Shown here: positions 7,899 to 17,392 of the stretch, one piece after another
Layout: every line of letters begins with the position of its first letter
Position numbering within the stretch: the stretch's first letter is position 1
DNA from: an archaeon
GTDB lineage: Archaea; Iainarchaeota; Iainarchaeia; Iainarchaeales; CSSED10-239
Direction: 5' to 3'
NCBI GenBank assembly: GCA_041677685.1
Contig: JBAYPN010000001.1
Span: 1-32,000 of the forward strand
DNA: 32,000 nt
Program-made: the position numbers and the translations under genes
Notes under the pieces: generated by a model
Databases searched by the model: none
What the model was told of the DNA's origin: nothing
Seen by the model: only the letters and a program-made list of their open reading frames with translations

Positions 7899-8367
7899 TT
7901 CTTTGTTTATCTTAATTATGCTTATTGTTATTAGTCCTCAACTACATCTAATTGAAAAGAACAACCACTTGCTTGACACTAAAGAAAATCTTAACCAACT
8001 TGTAATCTCTGCAGATCAGATAATTGTTGATGCATTGGTTGACAAAACAATTAGTAATGGTTGTGCAGTTTCTGATGTTGCAGGTTATAATGCCGTGATT
8101 AAAAATTATTTAGATCAATTTTTAAGTGATTTAGAAAATATAAATTCAATTAAGTGTTCTTATTCAAATTTAAATTCTAATATGTTTTTGGGAGGTGCTT
8201 TTTCAGGAACAATTGATATTAGTTGTTTGTCTGAAAATGAACTAAGCAGTATTGATGTTAAGAAACAATTTAAATTTAGTAAGAAAATAAATGTAAGTGG
8301 TGCTTGTAATGTGAAAATTAAAGATATTTATGATTCTGACCACGTGCAAGCAGATGTTACTAGATAA
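7879..8367 (+). CDS. small pilin-like protein (class III-like signal)
   Basis: I prefer ATG 7879: MEKG|LFSSLFILIMLIVISP. This overlaps the previous gene by 20 nt. Four Cys lie in the mature part. The alternative start is GTG 7867. Confidence 0.5.
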   Translation: MEKGLFSSLFILIMLIVISPQLHLIEKNNHLLDTKENLNQLVISADQIIVDALVDKTISNGCAVSDVAGYNAVIKNYLDQFLSDLENINSIKCSYSNLNSNMFLGGAFSGTIDISCLSENELSSIDVKKQFKFSKKINVSGACNVKIKDIYDSDHVQADVTR

Positions 8368-8377
8368 GTCTTAAAAC

Positions 8378-10174
8378 TTAGATTGTAAAATAATATTTAT
8401 TTTCCTTTTTTTGTTCTTGATCTTTTTGAGAACCATGCTTGTTTGCTCTTGGTCTTTTGGTGTCAGGATCTTGTCTAAAGGTTATGTCTTGCTCTTTTAA
8501 GAACTTATTATAGGCTTGTGCAATTGTAGTGATATCTTGTGCATGTCCATTAACTGATGGTTTTCCTTCAAACAATAAGACTCTATCTGAAATATAATCT
8601 ATAAACAAAAGATCATGGTCAACAATTAATGCAGACTTCTCCTTTTTATTAATTACACTTTTTATAACATTAGCAATAATTACTCTTTGCTCAATATCAA
8701 GAAAAGCACTTGGTTCATCAAGCAAATAAAGGTCTGCTTCTTTAGAAAGGCAATAAGCAACTGCTACCTTTTGTAGTTCCCCACCTGAAAGTTCTTCAAT
8801 TTTTTGAAAGATAATTTTTTCTAAGTCTAATTGATTTCTTATTTCGGAATTGAAAAGATCAACATCAATTCCTTTCTCTGTAAATAAATCACTAACAAGT
8901 AGATCTTTGTCTATGTCTATATATTGTGGTTTATAGGAGATTTTTAGCTTGGTGTCAATCTCTTTGTTGTCAGCTTTAATTTCCCCAGCTAGAACCTTTA
9001 TAAATGTGGTTTTCCCAGTTGCATTTGGTCCAAGAATACCAATTATTTCTGCTTTATTTATTTTTCCAGAATCAACTTTTAGCTTAAATTCTCCTAAGGT
9101 CTTTTCGAATTTAGGATACTGCACTAAATTGTTTGAAGTTTTATTTTGTGTTGCCTTAATTCCAGAAAATTCCAATCTATGATTTCTAATTCTAATATTT
9201 TCTTCTTTTAAAAAACCCTCTAAAAATTCATTAATTCCTTTCTTAGTTGTTTTCTTGTTAGAGGAGAGTCCATATGCATTTTTAGTTCCAAACATAATTT
9301 GCACATAGTCACTTACATAGTCTAAAATCGCAAGATCATGTTCAACTAACACAATTGAATTATTCTCATTTAACTTTTCTCTAAGTATCTTTGCAATCTT
9401 AAGTCTTTGTTTGATATCTAAAAAGGTTGTGTACTCATCAAGAAAATAAAGATTTGCATCCTTTAACAAAGTTGCAGCAATTGCTACTCTTTGTAGCTCA
9501 CCTCCTGAGACTTGGGAGGTCTTTTTGTTTATAAGTTTTTCTAAGTCTAAGTCTTTAACTATTTTTTCTAACTTTTGTTCATCATTTGTAATTTGTTTAA
9601 GAAGTTCAATTATCTTGTTATCAAACAATTTTGGAATCTCTTCAACTTTTTGAATTTTGTATGCAAATTTTAATTCTTTATTTTTTATATCTATAAATTG
9701 TTTTTGTATATTTTTTCCTTTATAATAATCTATAACTTTACTAATATCACCTTTAGCCTCATACTCTCCAAGATTTGGAATTAAGTTACCTGAAAGAATA
9801 TTTATTGCTGTAGTCTTTCCTGCACCGTTTCTTCCAATAATTCCTGTGATCATACCTTTCTCAGGTGTTGGGAGAGAATAAAGTCTAAAAGAGTTTTTTC
9901 CAAATTGATGGATTGGTTCTGAAAATTTCACCCCAGTGTTAATTATCTGGATTGCTCCAAAGGGACATTTGTTAGGGCAGATCCCACAACCTGTGCAGAG
10001 TTCTTCATTAATTATAGGGGGAGTGTAATTTTTACTATTAATAATTTCAATAGCATCCTCTCCCATTCTTACAGGTGGGCAAACTCTGTGGCAAAGATAA
10101 TTACAAGCTTTTGGTTGACACTTATCTTTATCAATAATTGCAATTCTTGTAAATTGTGTTTTTGTTGGTTTCAT
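8378..10174 (-). CDS. abce1: ABCE1 (RNase L inhibitor homologue), ribosome-recycling ATPase
   Basis: N-terminal 4Fe-4S ferredoxin Cys clusters (CxxxC..., CTGCGICPNKCP), then two ABC cassettes with Walker A (GRNGAGKTT, GPNATGKTT) and signature motifs (SGGELQR, SGGELQK). Confidence 0.92.
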   Translation of the reverse strand: MKPTKTQFTRIAIIDKDKCQPKACNYLCHRVCPPVRMGEDAIEIINSKNYTPPIINEELCTGCGICPNKCPFGAIQIINTGVKFSEPIHQFGKNSFRLYSLPTPEKGMITGIIGRNGAGKTTAINILSGNLIPNLGEYEAKGDISKVIDYYKGKNIQKQFIDIKNKELKFAYKIQKVEEIPKLFDNKIIELLKQITNDEQKLEKIVKDLDLEKLINKKTSQVSGGELQRVAIAATLLKDANLYFLDEYTTFLDIKQRLKIAKILREKLNENNSIVLVEHDLAILDYVSDYVQIMFGTKNAYGLSSNKKTTKKGINEFLEGFLKEENIRIRNHRLEFSGIKATQNKTSNNLVQYPKFEKTLGEFKLKVDSGKINKAEIIGILGPNATGKTTFIKVLAGEIKADNKEIDTKLKISYKPQYIDIDKDLLVSDLFTEKGIDVDLFNSEIRNQLDLEKIIFQKIEELSGGELQKVAVAYCLSKEADLYLLDEPSAFLDIEQRVIIANVIKSVINKKEKSALIVDHDLLFIDYISDRVLLFEGKPSVNGHAQDITTIAQAYNKFLKEQDITFRQDPDTKRPRANKHGSQKDQEQKKENKYYFTI

Positions 10175-10250
10175 ATTTTATCATTTTATTTTTATCTAAT
10201 TTTTATTTTTCATATATTTTATTTTTTTAATCTTTATCTTTTTAATCTTA

Positions 10251-11492
10251 TCAACCTATAATCTTATCATATTCTTTTTGATTAATCTTTGCACCTAATA
10301 GCTTTATTTCTTCAAGTTCTAAACCATAATACTTGATTATGTTTTTTGTAAATTTATTTGTTTTAGAGATAATTTCTAAGATTGGGTAATGGTCTCTGAG
10401 GATTATGTGCCTTGAGCAATAGGCTTTTTCTCTAATTTTATCCACAATTGACTTTTTAATAACTCTTTCTTTTTTATTGCTTGTTAACTTTTTAATAACT
10501 CCAGGGTAAACAAAAGGAGAAAAACCACCAGTTTCTCTTTCTTTTTTAGAGTAAGCAACACCAATTGTTAAAAAATCAAAAACATATTTTAATAATATCC
10601 AGTTGGTTGCTTTTATTCTTCCTTTAAAGACATCAGCCTTACTTAACATCTCCATACCGTTTACTAAATTTCTTGGATTTTGAAATTTTCGTGGAATATT
10701 TTCTTCAAGCCATGCAAACAACAACTCCCAGTCTATGTTTGCATCATTAATTGCATTCTTTGTTGAATAGAAGTCTTTTGGGTAAAAGATTTTACCAAGG
10801 ATTTTAAAAACATCCTCTTCTTTTCTTCTATCTCCAAGTTCTTGTACATTTTCTAAGGTTATTTGTTTGTTTAAGGTTAATGTAAAAAGATCAATCAATA
10901 ATGCTCTAATATCATTTTTTGTGTTTTCAACAATTTCTTTTAAAGCAACCAAATCATAATCAATATCTTCTTGGTCACAAATTTTTTTTGCAAATTTTAA
11001 AATTGAAAGTTTGTTTGGTAAATCAAATTTAATTTTTATACATTTTTCAAAAACAGGCCTTAGTTTTTTATTTCCATAAGGGTCATTTGCAATAAAGATC
11101 ATTGGTTGTTTGGTTTTGGCCATAATCTTTGTAAGTTCATTAAAACCTCCAGAATCTCCCCCTCCACGCTTATCAACCATAGCATCTATTTCATCTAAAA
11201 GAATTAATCTTTTTTTTCCAAAAAGAGTTGTTGATGTACTTGCTATGTTATAGATGTCTGAAATTGCATCTTTGCCTCTAGAGTCTGTGGCATCTGTGTG
11301 GTAAACTGACCAATCCATCTCTTTTGCAATCAATTTTGCACACAAGGTCTTACCTATACCTGTATCTCCATAGATCATGATAGGAGGAGTCTTTTGGTTC
11401 TTCGCCCAATTTCTAATTTCAGTAATTGCTTTTTTATTTCCAATAACTTCATCTAGGTTAGTTGGTGTATATTTATCTATAAAGCTCTGCAT
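10251..11492 (-). CDS. rfcL: replication factor C large subunit
   Basis: FIDKYTPTNLDEVIGNKKAITEIRNW...MIYGDTGIGKT...LILLDEIDAM. AAA+ clamp-loader layout with the archaeal RfcL-type N-terminus. Confidence 0.8.
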   Translation of the reverse strand: MQSFIDKYTPTNLDEVIGNKKAITEIRNWAKNQKTPPIMIYGDTGIGKTLCAKLIAKEMDWSVYHTDATDSRGKDAISDIYNIASTSTTLFGKKRLILLDEIDAMVDKRGGGDSGGFNELTKIMAKTKQPMIFIANDPYGNKKLRPVFEKCIKIKFDLPNKLSILKFAKKICDQEDIDYDLVALKEIVENTKNDIRALLIDLFTLTLNKQITLENVQELGDRRKEEDVFKILGKIFYPKDFYSTKNAINDANIDWELLFAWLEENIPRKFQNPRNLVNGMEMLSKADVFKGRIKATNWILLKYVFDFLTIGVAYSKKERETGGFSPFVYPGVIKKLTSNKKERVIKKSIVDKIREKAYCSRHIILRDHYPILEIISKTNKFTKNIIKYYGLELEEIKLLGAKINQKEYDKIIG

Positions 11493-11701
11493 ACATATAT
11501 CTTATAAGAATTTGTTTTTATTGTTTTTGCTTTTATTGGGGTTTGTAAAAAATAATATTCTTAAAAGAATTAAATAACTTTATAAATATTTACAACTTAA
11601 ATAATATAATTTATTTTTATAGAATTTAATTGTTATTAGAGAAATAAATTAAAATTTAAAAAAATTTAGAAGATTAGAAAAGAAAGAGATGAAAAAAAAA
11701 T

Positions 11702-12382
11702 ATGAATCAAGGAAAATTGATTGTAATTGATGGCACAGATGGTTGTGGAAAACACACACAGACTTTGTTGTTAAAAGAAAACTTAGAAAATAAAGGTTAT
11801 TTGGTAAAAACAATTGACTTTCCACAATATGGTTTAAAATCAGCAGGACCAACTGAAGAATATTTGAATGGAAAGTATGGTTCTTCTGAAGATGTTGATG
11901 CTTATCAAGCATCTGTTCTTTATGCTGTTGATAGGTTTGATGCTTCTTTTAAAATTAAAAAATGGTTAAGAGAAGGAAAGTTTGTAATTTGTGATAGATA
12001 TGTTTCTGCTAACATGGGGCATCAAGCAGGAAAGATTGAAGACTTAGAGGAAAGGGAAAAATTTTTAGATTGGTTATTTAATTTAGAATTTAATATTTTT
12101 AAGATACCAAAACCAGATATTAATATTTTTTTATATTTAGATACTGAGGTTGCAAGAAAGCTAGCACAGAATAACACTTCTAAAAAATTTACAAACAATA
12201 TTAAAGAAAATGATATTCATGAAAAAGACTCCAATCATTTAAAAAAAGCATTACAAGCTTTTAAGTATGTTTCTAAAAAATATGGTTGGTTAGAGATTGA
12301 TTGTTCAAATGAAGATAAAATAATTAGAAGTAGAGAAGAGATATCTGAGGAAATACTTGGAAAAGTTGTTGGGAAATTATGA
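11702..12382 (+). CDS. tmk: thymidylate kinase
   Basis: KLIVIDGTDGCGKHTQTLLLKENLENKGY (P-loop) and ICDRYVSANMGHQ (DRY motif). Confidence 0.85.
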   Translation: MNQGKLIVIDGTDGCGKHTQTLLLKENLENKGYLVKTIDFPQYGLKSAGPTEEYLNGKYGSSEDVDAYQASVLYAVDRFDASFKIKKWLREGKFVICDRYVSANMGHQAGKIEDLEEREKFLDWLFNLEFNIFKIPKPDINIFLYLDTEVARKLAQNNTSKKFTNNIKENDIHEKDSNHLKKALQAFKYVSKKYGWLEIDCSNEDKIIRSREEISEEILGKVVGKL

Positions 12383-12465
12383 TTGAAGAGAATATATTTG
12401 AAATAATTAAAGAGGAAGAAAAAGAAGGTTATTCTTTTTTAACATATGTAAGAAAGTGAAAAATT

Positions 12466-13563
12466 ATGATAATAGGATTAACAAGTTTTATAGCTAGTGG
12501 GAAGAGTACTTTCTGTAAATATTTAGAGATAAAAGGTTTTGAAATTTTATCTTGTTCTGATCTGATTAGAGAAGAATGTAAAAAAAGAAATCTAAAGTTA
12601 ACTAGGGACAATTTACAGAAAATAGAAAATGAACTAAGAAAAGAGTTTGGTGCAGATGTTCTTGCAAAAAGACTTTCAGAAAAAATAAAATTAGATTTAA
12701 ATAAAAATTATGTTATTGACTTAATTAGGACACCTGAAGAGATTAAAGAATTTAAAAAGTTACCAAAATTTAAATTGATATTTATTGACACTGACCCAAA
12801 AATAAGATATCTAAGAGCAAAAGAAAGACTAAGAGAAAAAGAGCATATTAAATCTTATAAAGATTTTTTAACTTCAGAGAAAAAAGAATTGACTAACAAT
12901 CCTCACGCGACTAACAATCCTCACGCTAAAAAACTACATAAATGTGTGAAATTAGCAGATTTTAAAATAACTAATAATCTAACAGTTCAAGACTTTAAAA
13001 AAGAAATAAGTAACCTTTTAGTAAAATTACAAATTGAGTTTAGAGACAAACCAGATTGGCATAGATATTTTTTAGATGTTGCAGAAGTTATTTCAAGAAG
13101 ATCAAGTTGCTTGTCTGCACATGTTGGGGCAGTAATTGTAAAAGACAATGCTATAATTTCAACAGGGTATAATGGAGCTCCGAGAGGCACAAAAGATTGC
13201 TATCAAAAAGGATATTGTCTTAGAAGAAGATTAAATATCCCTTCTGGACAAGGTTATGAACTTTCGTCTTCTGTTCATGCAGAACAAAATGCAATTATTA
13301 ATGCTGCAAGACAAGGTGTGTCTATAACAGGTAGTACCCTTTATCTTTTTGGTCTTGTTACTTATGAAGGTGTAAAAAGAATCTATGATTCTTATCCATG
13401 TTTTTTATGTAAAAAAATGATAATCAATGCAGGAATTACACGATTTGTTGGACAGACAAAAAACGGTTCATATAAAATATATGAGATAAAGGACTGGGTC
13501 AATGAATGGAAAAAACATGATATGGTTGATGACAAGGTAAAATATAAAGTCAATTATAATTAG
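12466..13563 (+). CDS. fusion protein: N-terminal P-loop small-kinase-like domain + C-terminal dCMP (deoxycytidylate) deaminase
   Basis: N-terminus: IIGLTSFIASGKSTFCKYL...YVIDLIRTPEEIKEFKK...IFIDTDPKIRYLRAKER (dephospho-CoA-kinase/NMP-kinase-like). C-terminus: W..YFLDVAEVISRRSSC...VGAVIV, HAEQNAI, and PCFLCKKMIINAGI (the zinc-binding HAE / PCxxC deaminase motifs). Confidence 0.8.
   Translation: MIIGLTSFIASGKSTFCKYLEIKGFEILSCSDLIREECKKRNLKLTRDNLQKIENELRKEFGADVLAKRLSEKIKLDLNKNYVIDLIRTPEEIKEFKKLPKFKLIFIDTDPKIRYLRAKERLREKEHIKSYKDFLTSEKKELTNNPHATNNPHAKKLHKCVKLADFKITNNLTVQDFKKEISNLLVKLQIEFRDKPDWHRYFLDVAEVISRRSSCLSAHVGAVIVKDNAIISTGYNGAPRGTKDCYQKGYCLRRRLNIPSGQGYELSSSVHAEQNAIINAARQGVSITGSTLYLFGLVTYEGVKRIYDSYPCFLCKKMIINAGITRFVGQTKNGSYKIYEIKDWVNEWKKHDMVDDKVKYKVNYN
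12892..12927 (+). repeat. in-frame 18-bp tandem duplication (TNNPHA x2) in the interdomain linker
   Basis: actaacaatcctcacgcg / actaacaatcctcacgct, 17 of 18 identical, read directly. Confidence 0.9.
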
Positions 13564-13706
13564 CTTTCCCAATTCTCTTAAAAATAAATAATTACCATTT
13601 TTTTGAAATTTATCTAAAATATAAAACCAATTTCTCTGTTGAAGAATTAATTTAAAAAGTATTTGTTTTATAAATATTGTAGTTGTATATATATGTGTGA
13701 TTAGGT

Positions 13707-14423
13707 ATGATAACTTCAAAAAATATTACTTTGTTTAAAAAATCATTAGAGTCAATTAGTGGGTTGATCCAAGAAACAAATGTTAGGTTTAAAGATGAAG
13801 GTATCTACATAAAGTCCATTGACAAAACCCAAATAATATTGATTGATTTTTTTATGCCAAAAGATATCTTTGATAACTACTCAGTTGAGCCTAGCCTAAT
13901 CGGGCTTAACATTTTTGAACTAAACAACATGATCTCTAGGTCTTTTGAAAGTGATAAACTAAAATTGGAACTAGGGGACAACCAACTAGACATCTCTTTG
14001 ACTGGAACTTTAAACAGAAGATTTAATTTATCATACATTGATGTCTTTGATCAAGAGGTAAATGTTCCTGAAACAAAGTACAGTACAGAGATTGTTCTTA
14101 AGGCTTATCTTCTTAAAGAAATCTTAAAGGATGTTAGCTTGATTAGTTCAACTTTAACCTTTAAAGTCATAGATGATAAGTTTATAGTTGAAGCAATTGG
14201 GGAAAAAGGAAAAATAGAAACAAGTATTCCAAAAGTTAAATTAAAATCTAAGAAAAATATTTTTTTAAAATTCTCCCTATCCTATTTAAAAAACATCTTA
14301 AAGTCAATTGACAATGACACAGAAATTACTTTAAGACTAGAAGAAGATGCTCCTTTGTACATTGAATACTATATTGACAACCTTGTTCTAATTAAGATCT
14401 ATTTGTCAAGCATGTTAATTTAG
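13707..14423 (+). CDS. pcn: DNA polymerase sliding clamp (PCNA)
   Basis: 238 aa. The N-terminus (FKKSLESISGLIQETNVRFKDEGIYIKSIDKTQIILIDFFMPKDIF) and the two-domain length are typical of archaeal PCNA. Confidence 0.8.
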   Translation: MITSKNITLFKKSLESISGLIQETNVRFKDEGIYIKSIDKTQIILIDFFMPKDIFDNYSVEPSLIGLNIFELNNMISRSFESDKLKLELGDNQLDISLTGTLNRRFNLSYIDVFDQEVNVPETKYSTEIVLKAYLLKEILKDVSLISSTLTFKVIDDKFIVEAIGEKGKIETSIPKVKLKSKKNIFLKFSLSYLKNILKSIDNDTEITLRLEEDAPLYIEYYIDNLVLIKIYLSSMLI

Positions 14424-14453
14424 AAAAATAAAAATAAGAAAGAAAAAAGGAAA

Positions 14454-16328
14454 TCATTTAAAGTCTTTAATCTTTTTTAACAAAGCTTCCTTTTTCTTTG
14501 AATCTTTAAAAGCATACTTTATAACTTCTGAAATATTTTTTACAGGAATAATTTCTATTTTCTTAATATCCTCAGAAGATAACACCACATCTTCTCTGTT
14601 TGAGTAAGGGATTAATACTTTTTTAATCTTAGAGTTGATTGCAGCAGTTATCTTTCCTGTAACCCCACCAACAGGAAGGACCTCTCCTCTAATTGAAAGA
14701 GAACCTGTCATTGCAACATCTTGATTGATTGGAATTTGTTCAAGCACAGAAATTACAGCAGAGGCAATTGAGATTGATGCTGAATCTCCCTCAACACCAT
14801 GTGTTTGTAAAAATTGAATATGCACATCATAATTGGAAATGTTTTTACCACTCATCTTCTTAAAGATAGCAGAAACATTTTGAACAGATTCTTTTGCTAT
14901 ATCTCCTAACTTTCCTGTGGCAATCACTTTTCCGTGGTTTACAGATTGAGAGGTGGTTACCTCACATTCAATAGGAAGCATTATCCCAACATCAGTTGAC
15001 CCCATAACCGCAAGACCATTAACTCTTCCAACTTGGGAACCTTTAGTCTTATAGATATCATAATCTTTCTTAATCTCCATCATCTTCTGAACCATCTGTT
15101 GTTCAAGAGTAGAAGATATACCTTTAGCATTAATTACTTCTTTTTCAGTAACTAATTTTAGATCTTTTTCAATTGCTAAGTCTCCAGCAGCCCTAATAAG
15201 CCCACCAAGTTCTCTTAACTTTAATGTTAAATGATTCTTTCTTGTTGCTTTTTTTCTAGCTTCAAAAATGATTTCCTCAACTGCTCTTTTTGTAAAGTGA
15301 GGGATCTTTTTGTCCTTTGAAATCTCTTGTGCAACAAACTGAACAATTTTGTTCCTGTTCTCTGGAGTGTCAGGAACATCAACATTCATTTGGCATTCAT
15401 AACCAGTTCCTCTGATCCTTGACCTGATAGCAGGATGTATTTTTTCTAAGTCTTGATAGTTTCCAGCAGCAACTAAAATAAAGTTACAAGGTGCAGGTTT
15501 AGTTCTTACCATTGCCCCACTTGACATCTCTGATTGCCCACTAATACTATATTTCTTTTCTTGCAATATTGTTAAAAGTTCTTGTTGTGATTTTGGTGAA
15601 AGTGTAGCAATCTCGTCTAAGAACAACACACCTTCATTAGCCCTATGTATCATCCCAGGAATAACTCTTAGGTGAGGTGGAGTTCCAAGTCCCCCTGACT
15701 GTAGAGGGTCATGTAAAACATCTCCAAGTAAAGCTCCAGCTCTAGCTCCTGTAGCATCCACATATGGGGCATGTCTTTTATTAGCATTATTAATTAATAA
15801 TTTTGGAATTAATTTTCTTGTTTTTTGACTCATCTGCAAAGTTAAAGCAGCAGCTATCATTATAAACCCAGAAAGAATAAGCATTGCTCCAAAGACAATA
15901 TCTGAAATTATTTTAACTTGCCATAAGATAATTGACAATAACAACCATCCCATAGGAAGAATTAAGCTAAACAATCTTTGAGAACTATTTTCTTTATTAG
16001 CAATTAATTTTGCATTATCAACAATTTTTTTACCTTCTCCAGAATTAACTTCCCTTATCAAAGGGTTATGTGAATCCTCATTATTTGGATAGACAAGTAA
16101 ATCCTTCAATTGGTTGGTAGGCATGATCTCAGCAAGAGCAGAAGCAATCATTGACTTTCCAGTCCCTGGTTCTCCAACAAGCATAATATGTCTTTTTTGA
16201 TTTGCAACTTTCTTGATTAAGTTAACAGCACTATCCTGTCCAATAACTTGATCAATTAAAAGTTTTGGAATTTTAATCTGACTTGTGTCAGTATATTCTA
16301 AATCATCAATTTTCTTAGTCTCTTTCAT
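14454..16328 (-). CDS. lonB: archaeal membrane-bound Lon protease (LonB)
   Basis: Walker A GEPGTGKS. Two TM helices are inserted in the AAA+ domain ([18 protein letters not shown].., [19 protein letters not shown]). The C-terminal Lon proteolytic domain carries GDSASISIA (catalytic Ser). Confidence 0.9.
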   Translation of the reverse strand: MKETKKIDDLEYTDTSQIKIPKLLIDQVIGQDSAVNLIKKVANQKRHIMLVGEPGTGKSMIASALAEIMPTNQLKDLLVYPNNEDSHNPLIREVNSGEGKKIVDNAKLIANKENSSQRLFSLILPMGWLLLSIILWQVKIISDIVFGAMLILSGFIMIAAALTLQMSQKTRKLIPKLLINNANKRHAPYVDATGARAGALLGDVLHDPLQSGGLGTPPHLRVIPGMIHRANEGVLFLDEIATLSPKSQQELLTILQEKKYSISGQSEMSSGAMVRTKPAPCNFILVAAGNYQDLEKIHPAIRSRIRGTGYECQMNVDVPDTPENRNKIVQFVAQEISKDKKIPHFTKRAVEEIIFEARKKATRKNHLTLKLRELGGLIRAAGDLAIEKDLKLVTEKEVINAKGISSTLEQQMVQKMMEIKKDYDIYKTKGSQVGRVNGLAVMGSTDVGIMLPIECEVTTSQSVNHGKVIATGKLGDIAKESVQNVSAIFKKMSGKNISNYDVHIQFLQTHGVEGDSASISIASAVISVLEQIPINQDVAMTGSLSIRGEVLPVGGVTGKITAAINSKIKKVLIPYSNREDVVLSSEDIKKIEIIPVKNISEVIKYAFKDSKKKEALLKKIKDFK

Positions 16329-16419
16329 AATTTATCATATTTATAATTAGATTTGTTTACTTTATAATATAATACATGAATAAAACATCTTTAAAACATA
16401 TTTGTTTTAATAATTATTT

Positions 16420-17346
16420 ATGTCAAACAAAATTAAAATATATTTTTTAGGAACAAGTAGCTCTTGTCCAACAAAAACAAGAAGTCTAACTTCTGTTCTT
16501 TTAAACTATCAAGGTGTAAATTATTTATTTGATAGTCCAGAAAATATTCAGCAACAGATAATGAAAGTAAATCAAAGTATTATTAAAATTGATTACTTGT
16601 TCATCACACATTTACATGGAGACCATTATTTTGGAGTTGTTGGGTTACTTGCAACCATGCAGTTGAACCAAAGAGATAAAGACTTTAATATCTATGTCCC
16701 TTTTGGAGATAAACAACAGCTTTTAAATTTTATTTCAGCATCTAAATTACAATTTGGTTTTAAGATTAATGTTTTTGAAGTTAAAGCAAACTACAAATTA
16801 AAATTAGAAAAGGTAATTGTAACTGCAATTAAGCTAAACCATTCAATTCCTAGCTATGGATATAACTTTAAAATAGTTGACAAGTTAGGAAGGTTTGATA
16901 AACAAAAAGCTCTAAAATTAAATATTCCTGAAGGACCATTATTTAGAAAGTTACAAGAAGGTAAATCAATTAAGTTAAATGGAAAGACTATTACTTCAAA
17001 ACAAGTTATGGATTATAAATTTAAAAAGATAGGAAAGAGTATAAGCTATTTGGTAGACACCTTTGTTCTTTCTAAAGTACCTAAAAGTGTTGTTGGAAAT
17101 GATATCTTAATACATGAGGCAACTTTTACAATTGAGCACAAAGAAAAAGCAAAAGAGACTTTGCACTCTGTTTCAAAAGATGTTGGGTTGTTTGCTAAAA
17201 AAGCAAAAGTTAAAAAATTATATTTGGTGCACATCTCTCCAAGATATCTTGATTCTTCAGAAACTTTAAAAGAAGTTAAGAAGTTTTTTAAAAATAGCTT
17301 TTGTCCAAATGATCTAGATGTTATAGAAATTGAAGATTATAATTAA
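16420..17346 (+). CDS. rnz: ribonuclease Z (tRNA 3' endonuclease)
   Basis: IYFLGTSSSCPTKTRSLTSVLL and ITHLHGDHYFG (HxHxDH). The 308-aa length and C-terminal LVHISPRY fit RNase Z. Confidence 0.8.
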   Translation: MSNKIKIYFLGTSSSCPTKTRSLTSVLLNYQGVNYLFDSPENIQQQIMKVNQSIIKIDYLFITHLHGDHYFGVVGLLATMQLNQRDKDFNIYVPFGDKQQLLNFISASKLQFGFKINVFEVKANYKLKLEKVIVTAIKLNHSIPSYGYNFKIVDKLGRFDKQKALKLNIPEGPLFRKLQEGKSIKLNGKTITSKQVMDYKFKKIGKSISYLVDTFVLSKVPKSVVGNDILIHEATFTIEHKEKAKETLHSVSKDVGLFAKKAKVKKLYLVHISPRYLDSSETLKEVKKFFKNSFCPNDLDVIEIEDYN

Positions 17347-17392
17347 AGATTATTTAGATTTTAAAAATTGTTTATATTTAAAAGTTAAAAGA

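Noticed and set aside
11688-11701. Upstream ATG followed by an A9 run just before tmk, considered as a possible alternative start or slippery site
   Set aside because: It is out of frame with tmk and terminates after 13 codons. The ATG at 11702 gives the canonical N-terminus (MNQGKLIVIDGTDGCGKHT).
12379-12459. 26-aa ORF (MIEENIFEIIKEEEKEGYSFLTYVRK) filling the tmk-to-fusion-gene spacer, with an ATGA overlap to the tmk stop
   Set aside because: The overlap geometry is suggestive, but 26 aa in AT-rich DNA carries no motif I can support. It is not reportable without conservation or ribosome-profiling evidence.
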